Shown here: positions 1 to 10,578 of the stretch, in pieces | Numbering within the stretch: position 1 is the first letter of the stretch | How the letters are laid out: every line of letters begins with the position of its first letter | Assembly: GCA_963847445.1 (NCBI GenBank) | Contig: CAWJZV010000019.1 | Span: 1 to 34,383, forward strand | Source: an uncultured delta proteobacterium | GTDB lineage: Bacteria; Desulfobacterota; Binatia; UBA9968 | Direction: 5' to 3' | DNA length: 34,383 nucleotides | Translations under genes and position numbers: made by a program | The notes under the pieces: model-generated | What the model was told of the DNA's origin: nothing | The model's input: only the letters and a program-made list of their open reading frames with translations | The model's database searches: none

Positions 1-351
1 AGTAGGGAGCAAAAAGCAAAATGATCATAAGGAAAAACAACCACCCAATCCTACTGCACAATCGTGCCCTTGATAGGTGATCTTGCTCATTTTACGACGC
101 GACCACGATGGAGACTAACTAAAAACAACTCGCGGCAGCAGGTGCGGATGGAATGATACTGGTTCCATCGATATTCGAGTGCTGCGTCCCAGTCGTTTTG
201 GCTTCTTGACGAGTCTTGTCTGGCCAATAATGCGGCGGCAGATGCTGCCGTCATTTGCCCCCCCCCCACTGTGGGTTGGCTAGATTATGGATTCGACGCG
301 CCGTGCCCTGGAACGAGCGGGCTACCGACTAACAGATAATGTCTAGCGCCG

Positions 352-1468
352 CTACTCCCAACATAGCGTCAGAATATTTTCGGCGCCTAGCGTTACGCTG
401 GTGCGAAATCGCTTTCCTTCACGATTGAGCAACGCTTCAAGCCACTGGGAATCGGCTTTGCAGGCGAGTTTTACGCGAAAGCGGCGCACTTGGGTCGGTA
501 TCATCCGTAAGCGCAAGAAGTTCGCCGGTGGCCGGATTCAGTTCCGCAAAATACATTAACGCGAGATCGCCGCGAAAGTCTTCATAGCCGCTGATGCCCT
601 CATAGTCATTAAAAAAATCACCACAGCCATAAAGAATCAGCCGCTCTTTATAGACCTCGATTGCTTTGACATGGTGCGAAGAGTGGCCGTGGACGATGTC
701 GACGCCAGCTTCGTCGATGAGGCGGTAAGCAAGGTTCTTTTGGGAAGACGGAATTTTGTAGCCCCAATTCTCTCCACAGTGGATCGAAGCCACGACGATA
801 TCCCCAACTTTCTTTATCTCAGCGATTTTCCTGGCCATGGCACCGATCACATCATGGGACCGGTTCTCGATTACATTCAGGCCGGGCCGATCCTCCCGAG
901 CTGACCATTCGATCGGAATTCCGCTCGTCGTCGAGCCTAGAGCAAATATGATGAGCCGGGCATCTCTGCTGGCAGGCAAGATGACGGGTTGCTGTGCTTC
1001 GTCAAGGCTACGGCCGGCGCCGGCATATTTGATTCCGACCTTATCAAGAGTTTGGAGTGTTTCCAGTAACCCGGCCATTCCCCAATCGAGCATGTGATTG
1101 TTCGCCACAATACAGCAATCGATCCCCGCGCTGGTAAGACATCCGACATTCTCGGGACTCATTTTGTAGTGAATATCCTTGCCGCGCCAATGCACGTCGT
1201 TGCGGGTTATGGCAGTTTCTAAATTGATTATCTTGGCTTGGGGTTTTTCGTGCTGGAAAACTTCCAACGCGTCGCCCCAGATGTAGCTGAAGTCGACCGG
1301 CCAACCGATCGGCCCGTTGGCCTGCTCGGCGAGCTTTACATACTCCAGCGAGCTTTTTGTGCACGGTTCGTGAAGCGTTGGATCGCCGGGATTGGGGAGT
1401 ATTTGGTCGATGCCTCGGCCCGTCATGACATCGCCACAAAGGAAAAACGTTAAGTGATGATCAGGCAT
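352..1468 (-). CDS. CapA family metallophosphatase (poly-gamma-glutamate synthesis/capsule protein A-like), +1 frameshift near 511
   Basis: Motifs GDVMTGRG, INLET, ANNH.LDWG, H.GENWG, HGHSSHH and YGCGDF are present. The ORF 437..1468 leaves the family frame at about 511. The alternative frame reads LRMIPTQVRRFRV...LLNREGKRF...LTLCWE-stop(352), a typical C-terminus. Removing one base gives 371 aa. Confidence 0.88.
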
Positions 1469-1514
1469 CTTCTGGGTGGCTCAACCGAGCGGTCGTCGTC
1501 TGGGATGTTGTCGG

Positions 1515-1541
1515 CATCGCTGCATCGATGTTGCAGCGATG
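1515..1541. other. Intergenic hairpin (10-bp perfect stem CATCGCTGCA/TGCAGCGATG) between prs and capA
   Basis: Inverted repeat seen directly. There is no U-tract, so its function is uncertain. Confidence 0.45.
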
Positions 1542-1584
1542 GAGCGGGAGGATTTCTAAGGTTCTCTCACATCGGCAATCACCA

Positions 1585-2526
1585 TCATTCGGGTGCCAAG
1601 ACACCGCTGAGGGACTCCTGGCGATGAAGGCGCTGAATCGTTTCCGCCAACAGCGGTACTAACGAAGAGACTTGAATCGGCAGCTCCGTCCGCTCTGGCA
1701 CCGGCACGCTGTCGGACACGTAAATCCTTTCGATAGGCAGTTTGCCTAGCCGCTCGCCGGCGTTGCCGACGAACAAACCGTGAGTGGCCACGACCTTGAT
1801 AGCCGATGATGAACAACCCGCTTCCAGCAGCGCCAGGATCGCTTTCTCTATCGTTGAGCCAGTGGTGATCATGTCATCGACGACAAGTATTTCCCTGCCG
1901 CGCACATCGCCAACAATCCGCTGAACGGTCACCTCTGCGCCGCTAATTCTGCTTTTGTGAATCATCGCGACCGATAAATCGAGCAGCTTAGCGTAGCGTT
2001 CCGCCATTTTTACGGCGCCAAGGTCGGGGGATACCACCACGACGTCTTTGTGCACGGACGGTCGAACGGCGTCTGCCAAAATCGCGATGGCGCTTACATG
2101 CTCAAGCGGAATCGCGAAGGCGCTTTCGACCGCGCGGCTGTGTGAATCAACGACTACCACGCGTTGTATGCCGCTGGCCGCGATCAGGTCGGCGACGAGC
2201 CGCGCGCTCACCGGTTCGCGGCCATGGGCGCGGCGGTCCTGGCGGGCGTAGCCGAAGTAGGGAATCACCGCCGTCAGATGAGTCGTCCCCGCGCGGCGGC
2301 AGGCGTCGGCCATAAGCAACAGCTCCAATAAATGTCCGTCTACAGGCGGACAAGTTGGCTCGATCAGAAACACATCGCAACCGCGCAAGCTGTCTTGAAT
2401 TTCAATATGTAATTCGCTGTCAGGAAATCGTTGCAGAATGCGTTGTACCGGTGTCAGTCCAAGAGCAGTGGCGAGGTTGTTCGCAAGTGCAACGTTGGCG
2501 GAGCCGGATAGAATCTCAAGGCTCAT
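1585..2526 (-). CDS. prs: Ribose-phosphate pyrophosphokinase (PRPP synthetase)
   Basis: FPDSE, PYFGYARQDRR, VSPDLGA and the PRPP loop VDDMITTGST; 313 aa. Confidence 0.96.
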   Translation of the reverse strand: MSLEILSGSANVALANNLATALGLTPVQRILQRFPDSELHIEIQDSLRGCDVFLIEPTCPPVDGHLLELLLMADACRRAGTTHLTAVIPYFGYARQDRRAHGREPVSARLVADLIAASGIQRVVVVDSHSRAVESAFAIPLEHVSAIAILADAVRPSVHKDVVVVSPDLGAVKMAERYAKLLDLSVAMIHKSRISGAEVTVQRIVGDVRGREILVVDDMITTGSTIEKAILALLEAGCSSSAIKVVATHGLFVGNAGERLGKLPIERIYVSDSVPVPERTELPIQVSSLVPLLAETIQRLHRQESLSGVLAPE

Positions 2527-2532
2527 GGCGCC

Positions 2533-5058
2533 TCACCTTCGACTGGGTACGTAAGATGATGTTGTCGTCGCTTTAACGTCATGTCCCAGGATTTCTTCCC
2601 CGGGCGAAATCAATTGGCCCGGTTCGTTGGGAAAGTTAGGCCAAGCCGTTGACCTCTCGATGGGCGATGGCTCGCGAACGGTTTCTGGCTCCAAGGCGAG
2701 CTGCAAGGCTTCGTCGACAGTTCTGAGAAACTCGAAGCGGACGCCCTGACGAGCCTGCGCAGGTATTTCATCTAGGTCTTTGCGATTAAGTTCAGGCAGT
2801 AGGATGGACGAAATTCCCGCTCTCTTAGCTGCAAGGACCTTCTCTTTGATCCCGCCCACCGGCAGGATCAAACCACGTAGGCTGATCTCGCCGGTCATCG
2901 CCACATCTTTACTGATCCGCCTTTGCGTGAGCAGCGAGACCAAGGCGACAAATAAAGTGACGCCGGCACTGGGGCCGTCTTTCGGTATGGCTCCGGCGGG
3001 TAGGTGGACGTGTAAATCGCTTTTCTTAAAGATATCAGGATCGATGCCGAGCGTACCAGCCCTCGATTTGACCAGACTCAAAGCCGCCTGCGCGCTTTCT
3101 TTCATGACATCGCCGAGCTGGCCGGTTAACAGCAACTTGCCATCGCCGGCCATCTTGGTCGCTTCGACAAATAGGATGTCGCCGCCGAAGGCTGTCCAAG
3201 CCAACCCGGTGGCGACTCCAGGGAGGCTGGTACGCAGGGCGATCTCATTGAAGAATTTTGGCGGGCCGAGACAGCTTCGCAGAAAATCCTGATCGACGGT
3301 GACGATTTTCATGTCCCCTTCCGCAACCCGCGTCGCGACCACCCGGCAAACCGAGCCCAACTCGCGTTCGAGTTGGCGCACGCCGGCTTCACGCGTATAC
3401 GAGCGGATCAATTCGCGTAGCGCGTCGTCGGTAAAATTGATTTCGCTAAGCGTGAGGCCGTTTTCAGACAGTTGCCGACGAACCAGATAGCTCTTGGCGA
3501 TGGCTAGCTTGTCTTCTTCGATGTAGCCCGGCAGTTCTAAGATTTCCATGCGGTCGCGCAGCGGCGGCGGAACGGTGTCCAGAACGTTAGCGGTGGCGAT
3601 GAACAAGACCTGGCTTAGATCGAAAGGAACTCCGAGGTAGTGATCCTGAAAAGTTGAGTTTTGCGAGGGATCGAGCACTTCCAGCAACGCTGCGGATGGA
3701 TCGCCATGAAAACTCGAGCTCAGCTTATCGATCTCATCCAACATGAAGACCGGATTTCGACTGCCAGCCTTGCGAATGCCTTGAATGATGTTTCCTGGAA
3801 GTGCGCCAATATAGGTGCGCCGGTGGCCGCGAATCTCCGCCTCATCATGGACGCCGCCAAGACTTTGGCGGATAAATTTACGGTTCATGGCGCGCGCGAT
3901 GCTTTGGCCGAGCGAGGTTTTGCCGACTCCTGGTGGGCCGACAAAACAGAGAATCGGGCTTTTGCCGTGCGGATTGAGCTTCCGCACGGCAAGAAATTCA
4001 ATGATGCGCTTTTTGACTTTCTCCAAATCGTGATGGTCAATGTCGAGAATCTCCCGCGCCTTGGGCAAGTCGATGCGCTCTTCAGTCACGACGCTCCACG
4101 GCAGTTCGACGATCCAGTCGAGAAAAGTCCGGATTACCGAGTGTTCAGCGGACATCTCGGCCATGCGCTCGAGCCGGGATAATTCTCTCAACGCCTCCTT
4201 TTCGACCTCTGGCGGCGCCTTGAGCGCTTCGATCTTCTCGCGCAGCTCGGCAATCTCGACATTCTTGCCGTTTTCTTCACCGAGTTCTTTCTTGATGGCC
4301 TTGAGTTGCTCACGGAGAAAATAATCACGCTGGGCTTTATCGACCGACTCTTTGGTCTCGGCCCTGATCTTCTGCCTCAGTTCGAGCAACTCGATCTGGC
4401 GAGTCAGTTGTGCGGAAACCTTTTGTAAACGGGCCTCGACAGCGATGGTCTCCAAGATTTCTTGCTTCTCGCCGAGCGTGATATCGAGGGTCGGGGCGAT
4501 GATATCGATGAGCGCGACCGGATCTTCGATGCTCTCGATGATCGATTTCAACTCCGCTGAGGGCTGTGGCAGGAGCGAGAGGGCCTTTGAGGCTTGCTCG
4601 CGCAGGTGCATGATTCTCGCTTCGAACTCTTTGCTCCGCGGCACGCTTTCGTCGAACGGCAAGGTTCGCGCGATTAAGAAGGGCTCGGTCTGGAGCAATT
4701 CAAGAATCTTGAATCGCTGTCGGCCTTGAACGATAACCTCGCGTTGGCCGCCGCGGGCGGGCGACATGCGGAAAATATCGCCGGTGGTGCCGATTTCGTA
4801 GAGATCTTTAAACTGGGGAGCCTCGGTTGCAGACTCGCGTTGCAAGACAACGCCGATCGGAAGCTGCTGGCGCACGGCTGCGTCGACCGCGAGAAGGCTG
4901 GAAGGGCGGCCGACGGTGAGGGGCATGACGGTGTAAGGGAACAGCACCGAGTTGCGCAACGGCAGAATCGCTAACGCGCCGGCAGGTATCTGCGCGCTCG
5001 GTTTCGCTTCCGTCGATGCGGGGTCGCTTTCGTTGGTTAATTGCTCGTCCATAGTCAT
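2533..5058 (-). CDS. lon: ATP-dependent Lon protease (endopeptidase La)
   Basis: N-domain LPLRNSVLFP, Walker A GPPGVGKT, Walker B MLDEIDK, catalytic Ser in PKDGPSAG and Lys in GGIKEK; 841 aa. Confidence 0.97.
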   Translation of the reverse strand: MTMDEQLTNESDPASTEAKPSAQIPAGALAILPLRNSVLFPYTVMPLTVGRPSSLLAVDAAVRQQLPIGVVLQRESATEAPQFKDLYEIGTTGDIFRMSPARGGQREVIVQGRQRFKILELLQTEPFLIARTLPFDESVPRSKEFEARIMHLREQASKALSLLPQPSAELKSIIESIEDPVALIDIIAPTLDITLGEKQEILETIAVEARLQKVSAQLTRQIELLELRQKIRAETKESVDKAQRDYFLREQLKAIKKELGEENGKNVEIAELREKIEALKAPPEVEKEALRELSRLERMAEMSAEHSVIRTFLDWIVELPWSVVTEERIDLPKAREILDIDHHDLEKVKKRIIEFLAVRKLNPHGKSPILCFVGPPGVGKTSLGQSIARAMNRKFIRQSLGGVHDEAEIRGHRRTYIGALPGNIIQGIRKAGSRNPVFMLDEIDKLSSSFHGDPSAALLEVLDPSQNSTFQDHYLGVPFDLSQVLFIATANVLDTVPPPLRDRMEILELPGYIEEDKLAIAKSYLVRRQLSENGLTLSEINFTDDALRELIRSYTREAGVRQLERELGSVCRVVATRVAEGDMKIVTVDQDFLRSCLGPPKFFNEIALRTSLPGVATGLAWTAFGGDILFVEATKMAGDGKLLLTGQLGDVMKESAQAALSLVKSRAGTLGIDPDIFKKSDLHVHLPAGAIPKDGPSAGVTLFVALVSLLTQRRISKDVAMTGEISLRGLILPVGGIKEKVLAAKRAGISSILLPELNRKDLDEIPAQARQGVRFEFLRTVDEALQLALEPETVREPSPIERSTAWPNFPNEPGQLISPGEEILGHDVKATTTSSYVPSRR

Positions 5059-5471
5059 AGGCGCTTATTGATCTGAGCGATGAACAGACCGTCGGCGAAA
5101 CGAGTGTCGCCGATCGTCAATGTCACTCCCGGCGTCAAGCGCAAGCGGCGCTCAAATCGTCCCAGCGGTATTTCCCATATTTTGAGTTCGCCTTGCGAGC
5201 AGCAGGTTGGCAACCGCCGCATGCCAGCGATAATCAGTTCGTTGCCCTGCAGGCGAATATCGATCTGGTCCGCATCGGCACCCGGTAAAGCGGTAATGAC
5301 CCAGCAAGCTTGATCCGTTTCGACGACATTCACCAGCGGCGCCGACGCGGCTGCGGGACTGTTTAGTGCTAGGTGGTGGCCGGCGGCGATCTGCAGGAAG
5401 TTTCTCTCAATCCTGTCGGCTTGCTCCATCAGGTTGCTGGCTTGCTGCGAAGCGAAAAAGTCCCATTTCAT
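5055..5471 (-). CDS. Hsp20/alpha-crystallin family small heat shock protein
   Basis: P.VNVVET, ALPG, ELIIAG.R, EIP.GRFERR and DGL pattern; ATGA overlap with the lon start. Confidence 0.9.
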   Translation of the reverse strand: MKWDFFASQQASNLMEQADRIERNFLQIAAGHHLALNSPAAASAPLVNVVETDQACWVITALPGADADQIDIRLQGNELIIAGMRRLPTCCSQGELKIWEIPLGRFERRLRLTPGVTLTIGDTRFADGLFIAQINKRL

Positions 5472-5541
5472 ATCATCTGGCTCCGTTCTTTCTCCGCCCC
5501 GCTAGCCGCGTCCGCTTCGAAGCAACAATCCTGATGGAACC

Positions 5542-5883
5542 TTACGCGGATGCTGCGGCTAAAATCATCCGTGACGCGGGGCTCGTGATTTGATAGAGCT
5601 CGCGCTTAGACGACTGCTCCAACAGCGCCGACAGTTGTTTCGCCCATTGTTGAAACTCTCTGTTCTCTGTCACCTGCTTAATCTGCGACGCTAGAGTTCT
5701 CGCATCCTCGACCTCGTGTTCGAAAATCAGGTCCCCTGGGCCTAAGGAGACAAAGTGAGTGCGCATCACTCTGGGCCGCAAACCACCGGCGTTCTCAACC
5801 CAGTAGAGCAGCGTCATGAGCTTTTCTTCAGCCTCATGGGTCTTTCCAGGTAACGTATGAAACGTCAGTCGTGATAGGTACAT
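5542..5883 (-). CDS. Hypothetical protein, probable dimeric alpha-beta barrel (NIPSNAP/ABM-like)
   Basis: Strong SD GAGGAGG before the ATG at 5883. MYLSRLTFHTLPGK...EF..W pattern. First gene after a sigma54 motif. The fold assignment is inference. Confidence 0.7.
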   Translation of the reverse strand: MYLSRLTFHTLPGKTHEAEEKLMTLLYWVENAGGLRPRVMRTHFVSLGPGDLIFEHEVEDARTLASQIKQVTENREFQQWAKQLSALLEQSSKRELYQITSPASRMILAAASA

Positions 5884-5927
5884 GGCTTTCCTCCTCGCCA
5901 CTGGATTGAGATTATGTAAATTGTTTG

Positions 5928-5943
5928 CGCAAACCCGATGCCA
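5928..5943 (-). promoter_or_regulatory. Sigma54 -24/-12 promoter for the hyp-hsp20-lon-prs-capA operon
   Basis: Minus strand TGGCA-TCGGGT-TTGCG with canonical spacing, about 45 nt upstream of the ATG at 5883. Confidence 0.8.
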
Positions 5944-6274
5944 AGCTGCGGGACGGACGATAGTCGCAAAGCGCGAGGGTGATCGCCCGTAATCGTGCGG
6001 GTTTTTCTCATCTACGCGAACTAGTCAAAATTTTTTCGCACAGATGAAACCAAGAGGGTGTCGGCAAACGCTGTCGGCGCGTGGGCTTGCATTACAACCC
6101 TGTGAGCGATGTCGAAAGCCGACGTGCGCCTTGATCACTATGGCCAAAGTCAGGCGCAAGATGATTGACCGGCTTTATTGGCATTGCGAAAAACCGCATA
6201 TCGTTTTTGTAGCCATTGCGAATTGCTGCGAGGTGAGCGTCCCGGGATTTCGAGTAACCGATATGCTTATGTCA

Positions 6275-6290
6275 TGGCGCACAAATTGCT
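6275..6290 (+). promoter_or_regulatory. Sigma54 -24/-12 promoter upstream of SAM synthetase
   Basis: TGGCG-CACAAA-TTGCT, canonical spacing. Confidence 0.72.
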
Positions 6291-6501
6291 CCGTTGTTCC
6301 CGTATCACTTTAGCTAGGAGGAATATCCAGGAAAGCAACGAGATGTCATCAGAGGGCGGTGGGTCGTGATTTGAAAAGCAACGCGTGGCTCAGCCGCGAA
6401 GTTTTAGGCGCTGAGATCCGAATTGAAGAACATGAACTGGTCGTCATAGGGGTCGGCTTTCGAGGGAGGATGGGTTAGCAAGGAGCCGTGACTGAAAATC
6501 G

Positions 6502-7705
6502 ATGGAGCAAATTCATATTCAACAGATTCAATGGCCGACATGGGCGGCTGCCGACGTGGAGATTGTCGAGCGCAAAGGACTGGGCCATCCCGACACGATT
6601 TGCGATCTGGTGATGGAGCAGATTTCGCAGGCGCTTTCTCACGCTTATCTGAAACACCACGGCAGAATTCTGCATCACAATTGTGACAAGGGTTTACTGG
6701 TTGCCGGACAGGTAGAGCGGCGCTATGGCGGCGGGCGGGTAATCGAACCCATGCGGCTTGTCATTGGCGACCGGGCAACTCTAGTCAAGGAGTTCGACGC
6801 AGCTGAACTCGCCGTCGAGACGGCAAAGGGCTGGTTGCGCGAAAATCTCCCCGAAGTCGATCCACAACGCCATGTGACCTACCAAGTCGAACTCAAAGGC
6901 GGCTCGGATGAGCTCGCTGACATTTTTCGCCCCGGCTCAGCGAGCTATCAAGCGAACGATACCTCGGCGGCGGTGGGCTATGCACCGCTGAGCGAAACCG
7001 AGCGGTTGGTGGTAGCCGCCGAAAAATATCTCAATGGCCGGGACTTCAAGAATAAGTTTCCCGAAAGCGGCAGCGATGTGAAGGTCATGGGCATACGCAG
7101 CGGAGCCCAGCTCGATCTCACCGTCGCGATGCCGTTGTTGGATCGATACGTGACCAGTGGATCGGTTTATTTTCAGACGCAAGGAAGAGATGCGCCAAGT
7201 ATTGGTTTCCTATCTTCAGTCTCGTCTCGACAAGCTTAATGAGATCAGCGTTGCAATGAACACCTTGGATCGCCACGGCGCCGGGCTTTCGGGAATGTAT
7301 CTTTCGGTCCTGGGAACTTCCGCTGAAGATGCCGATTCCGGCGAAGTGGGACGGGGCAATCAGGTGAACGGGATTATCGCCCTCAATCGCCCGCGCGGCT
7401 CTGAAGCTGCTGCCGGAAAGAATCCGGTGAGCCATGTCGGTAAAATCTATAATGTCTTAACGCATCGGCTGGCGGAACAGATTCACTGTGAAATCCCCGG
7501 CATCCAGCAGGTCTTCGTGTGGCTGTGTAGCCGTATTGGTGATCCGGTCGACAAACCGCAAATGACGTCGGTCCAGGTTGCCCTCGATGTCGGAACTAAA
7601 CTTCCCGAAATCGAAGAATCAATCCGCAAAATCGTCGCGCGTGAGCTGGAGCGCATGACGCTGTTCTGCGGCGAGCTGGCGAGCGGCAAGTATGCGGTTT
7701 GCTGA
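6502..7705 (+). CDS. mat: Archaeal-type S-adenosylmethionine synthetase (methionine adenosyltransferase), +1 frameshift near 7170
   Basis: VERKGLGHPDTICD, ILHHNCDK, ANDTS..VGYAPLS, GTSAE..DSG.VGRGN and EAAAGKNPVSHVGKIYN. ORFs 6502..7239 and 7157..7705 join by removing one T in TATTTTC (YF/RRKEEM), giving 400 aa. Confidence 0.92.
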
Positions 7706-7753
7706 TTGCGGCCGTCACCGTGTCAGAAAGCTGCCGGCGAGGCGTCCAGTTGT

Positions 7754-8608
7754 TCACTCTTGATGGAAGAAAGTCGCTACTTCCTGTTGGCGGCGCCGGT
7801 GTATCGCCGCTGAGGAGTCCTGATACGGGTGGGCGAATTCAGGGTCCTGTAGGATCCGGGCGCCGCGTGACCGCGCGATGACGAGAAGTTCGTCCATTTG
7901 TGCAGGCGGGACGACATTATCCCGCCCGCCAGAGATTATCATCACCCGCTTGCTATCATTGGGCAAATGGGTCACGGGGTCATATCGTTCGGGACAGCCG
8001 AGGTTTGAGATGCGCGCGGGGGAGGAATCGACCACCAGGCGCGTGTACAGATTCGTGTCTCCCACCGCATTGAGTAGGATCACTCCGCCCATGGAGATGC
8101 CGTAGAGCAAGCGCTTGGCGTAGCCCAGTGTGTTCAGATGAGCAACGATTTCGCCGTAATCGTTAACGATCGCCGCGAGCCGACTCTTCCCTTGTGAATT
8201 TCCGTAGCCACGATAGTCATAAATATAAACGTCCCAGCCGCGGTCGCGAAAGGGTTGCAGGTCCGTCACGAGTTGATCGGCGAGCATGGCATTGCCTTGC
8301 GCGACCAAGAGATAAGCCGTGGGATTTTCGGCGGCGAGCTTGTAGCCTGCCAGCGTAATCCCGTCTCGAGTTTTGAATTTGACCGGTTCCACGGCTTGAA
8401 TACTTGCGACGCCATGCGGCCTAGCTGCGCCGGCCATGCTATGCCACAGCCAGAACATGAAGGGCTCACGAAAAGAGCCGCAGACGGCCGCTTCAACATT
8501 CGGTGCTTTTTCTGAAATCATCGACCTTTCACTGATCGTTAATGCCAGCAACCCAAGTAAGAAACTCAGCGCCAAACTCATGATGATAACGCGCCGCAGG
8601 GTATTCAC
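7754..8608 (-). CDS. Alpha/beta hydrolase with N-terminal signal/membrane anchor
   Basis: QGNA oxyanion region, YDYRGYG.S.G, nucleophile elbow GISMGG, D.VVP and a C-terminal His (FAHPY). The GTG start overlaps the alr stop. Confidence 0.85.
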   Translation of the reverse strand: MNTLRRVIIMSLALSFLLGLLALTISERSMISEKAPNVEAAVCGSFREPFMFWLWHSMAGAARPHGVASIQAVEPVKFKTRDGITLAGYKLAAENPTAYLLVAQGNAMLADQLVTDLQPFRDRGWDVYIYDYRGYGNSQGKSRLAAIVNDYGEIVAHLNTLGYAKRLLYGISMGGVILLNAVGDTNLYTRLVVDSSPARISNLGCPERYDPVTHLPNDSKRVMIISGGRDNVVPPAQMDELLVIARSRGARILQDPEFAHPYQDSSAAIHRRRQQEVATFFHQE

Positions 8609-9462
8609 TAGGCTTCCGTCTCAACGGCTACCCGCGGCACTCGGTGTGAAATGGCGGTGACGATTTCATAGTTGATGGTGCCGAGCTTTGACGCCAATTC
8701 ATCGGCGCTGATTGCCGCAGCTCCTTGGCTGCCGATGATCACCGCCTCGTCGCCCAATTGAACTTGGCCGCGGAGCGCCGTTACGTCGATCAGGCTCATA
8801 TCCATGGTGATGCGCCCGACTTGGGGACAACGCTTGCCTCGAACCCGTGATGGAATTGACAACGCAAATCGGTCTTTGGTGAGTCCCACGGCCTGGCGAA
8901 AGCGATCGAGCTGGGCGACGGAATGACTCTGGTCCGCTTCGTCGGCGCGGGGAAAGTGGCTCATCAGCCCGCGCACTTCGAGGGCGGGGAAGTTTCGACA
9001 ACGGTCGAGAAAGCGCACAACTTCCTCAAGCCGAATCCCGACACGACCCATGCCGGTATCGATCTTGACGTGCACGGGGAGCCGCTTGGCGGATTTCATT
9101 GCGGCCCTTGCCAGGGCCTCGACCATTTCGAGCGTGCAGACTACCGGCTGGCAGTTGTAGGCTACCAGTGCCTCGCTGTGCTGGGGTAGAGTGGCGGAGA
9201 GAATGCAAAACTTCGCGTCGACCCCTTTATCCGCGAGGGCGATCGCCTCTTCGATATCGGCGACACAGAGGGTTTGGCATCCCAGCCGCAGCAGATGGGA
9301 CGCGACGATGGCCGCATCATGTCCATAGCCATTGGCCTTGAGCACTGGCCAAACCTGGGCGCTGCCCACCTGCCTTTGCAACAACCGGAAGTTGTGCGTG
9401 AGATGATCGAGATGGATGAACGCTTTCGTCAGGCGACGAGCGGTGCTGTCAACGGTGGCCAT
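8608..9462 (-). pseudogene. alr: Alanine racemase with an internal deletion of roughly 90-100 codons
   Basis: VLKANGYGH (PLP Lys), HVKIDTGMGRVG, MSHF, GRITMD and GTINYEI are present. The H.ANS, RPG..LYG, GYG and GY.DG segments are absent between about 8870 and 8843. Only 284 aa. Confidence 0.85.
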
Positions 9463-10574
9463 AGCTGATCTGTGCTTCCGCGCTAAGCGGCGCGGCGAGC
9501 GCTGTGCGCGAAGGTTGTTTCTTCACATACTCCGAAGTCATCGCCGTCAAAAGCGCACCGTAGTTCAGTGTAAACGTCAGTTCATCGCCGACCTTGAACG
9601 CCGCCGCGGCGGCGCTGGTATCGACGACTAAGTAACTGCTCGAAGCGCCGAGAATCTTTAGCCGGCTATCGTCGGGCGTGAGCCCTTCGATGGATATTTC
9701 CTCGCGGCCGATGTTGACCAGGGCGCGCTCGATCTCGCCGCGGTTTTCGAAGGCGGCCAGATGACCGAAGGCATCTTGGCTGCGTTCGCCCACCGGCGCC
9801 GACGGTTTGCTCTTGAGCTCGAGGATTTCCGCGTGCAGGCTGAAGGCATCCTGATAAGTGTCGGGCCAAGGCTGGCGATGGGTGGTCTCGCGGCCGAGCA
9901 AGATCGCCTCGCCGATGCGTGCTTGATTGACACGCGCCGGCATCCGGCCGGTGGCGATGAGGTTTAGACCGCTCGAGTTGGCTGCCGAGAGCCAGTCGAG
10001 TTTCAAGCCAAAGTTCCGTTCGACCGCACCGGCGAGTTCGCTTAGCCGGCGCATGTTTTCCTCGCTCGGCATGACACCGCCAAAGCAGGCGAGGTTGGCT
10101 GCCCAGACCGGCGACATGAATACCGCGGAGCCGTAGGGCTTCGCCCATGAAGTTCGTCAGATCTCTTGGCCACAGTCCTTCGCGCAAGTCTCCCAAGTCG
10201 ACCATGATGATCACGTCATGACGCCGACCGCGCCGCTGGGCGGCTTGGGAAAGTGCGGCGAGAACCGATAACTCCGAGTTCAGACTGACATCCACCGATG
10301 CGACGACTTCTTCGGCCTCGGATGGCGACGGCAAGCGCAGCAGCATATAAGGCGGATCGACGCCGGCGCTCTTGAGCCGGTGAATATTCTCCAGTTGGGA
10401 TTCGCCGATGGCGCTGACGCCGCCGCGGCGCATCGCCTGGGCGATCTCGGGGTGGCCACAGGTACATTTGGTCACGCCAACCACGGCGATGCCATGAGCC
10501 CGGCACAATTCAACGATGACTCGGGCGTTATGCTCGATCTTGTCGAGATCGATGGTGACATAGGGATGCGACAT
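9449..10574 (-). CDS. orr: Ornithine racemase (alanine/ornithine racemase family PLP enzyme), +1 frameshift near 10100
   Basis: IDLDKIEHN, GVTK, SLNSEL and MVDLGDLREG, then after the shift (GGC-A-GCC-AAC) NLACFGG..P, NSS, RIGEAILLG and LGASS. Lies directly after oraE; 374 aa when corrected. Confidence 0.88.
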
Positions 10575-10578
10575 GGCT

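Noticed and set aside
1-269. ORF 87..269, the C10 tract at 258..267, and a possible hydrophobic N-terminus (MCSRIGWLFFLMIILLFAPY) running off the left edge on the minus strand
   Set aside because: No recognisable motifs or SD, and too little sequence to support a call.
7165-7180. Programmed ribosomal frameshifting as the cause of the split genes
   Set aside because: No shared slippery motif or stimulator across the sites, and these families are not known to be recoded.
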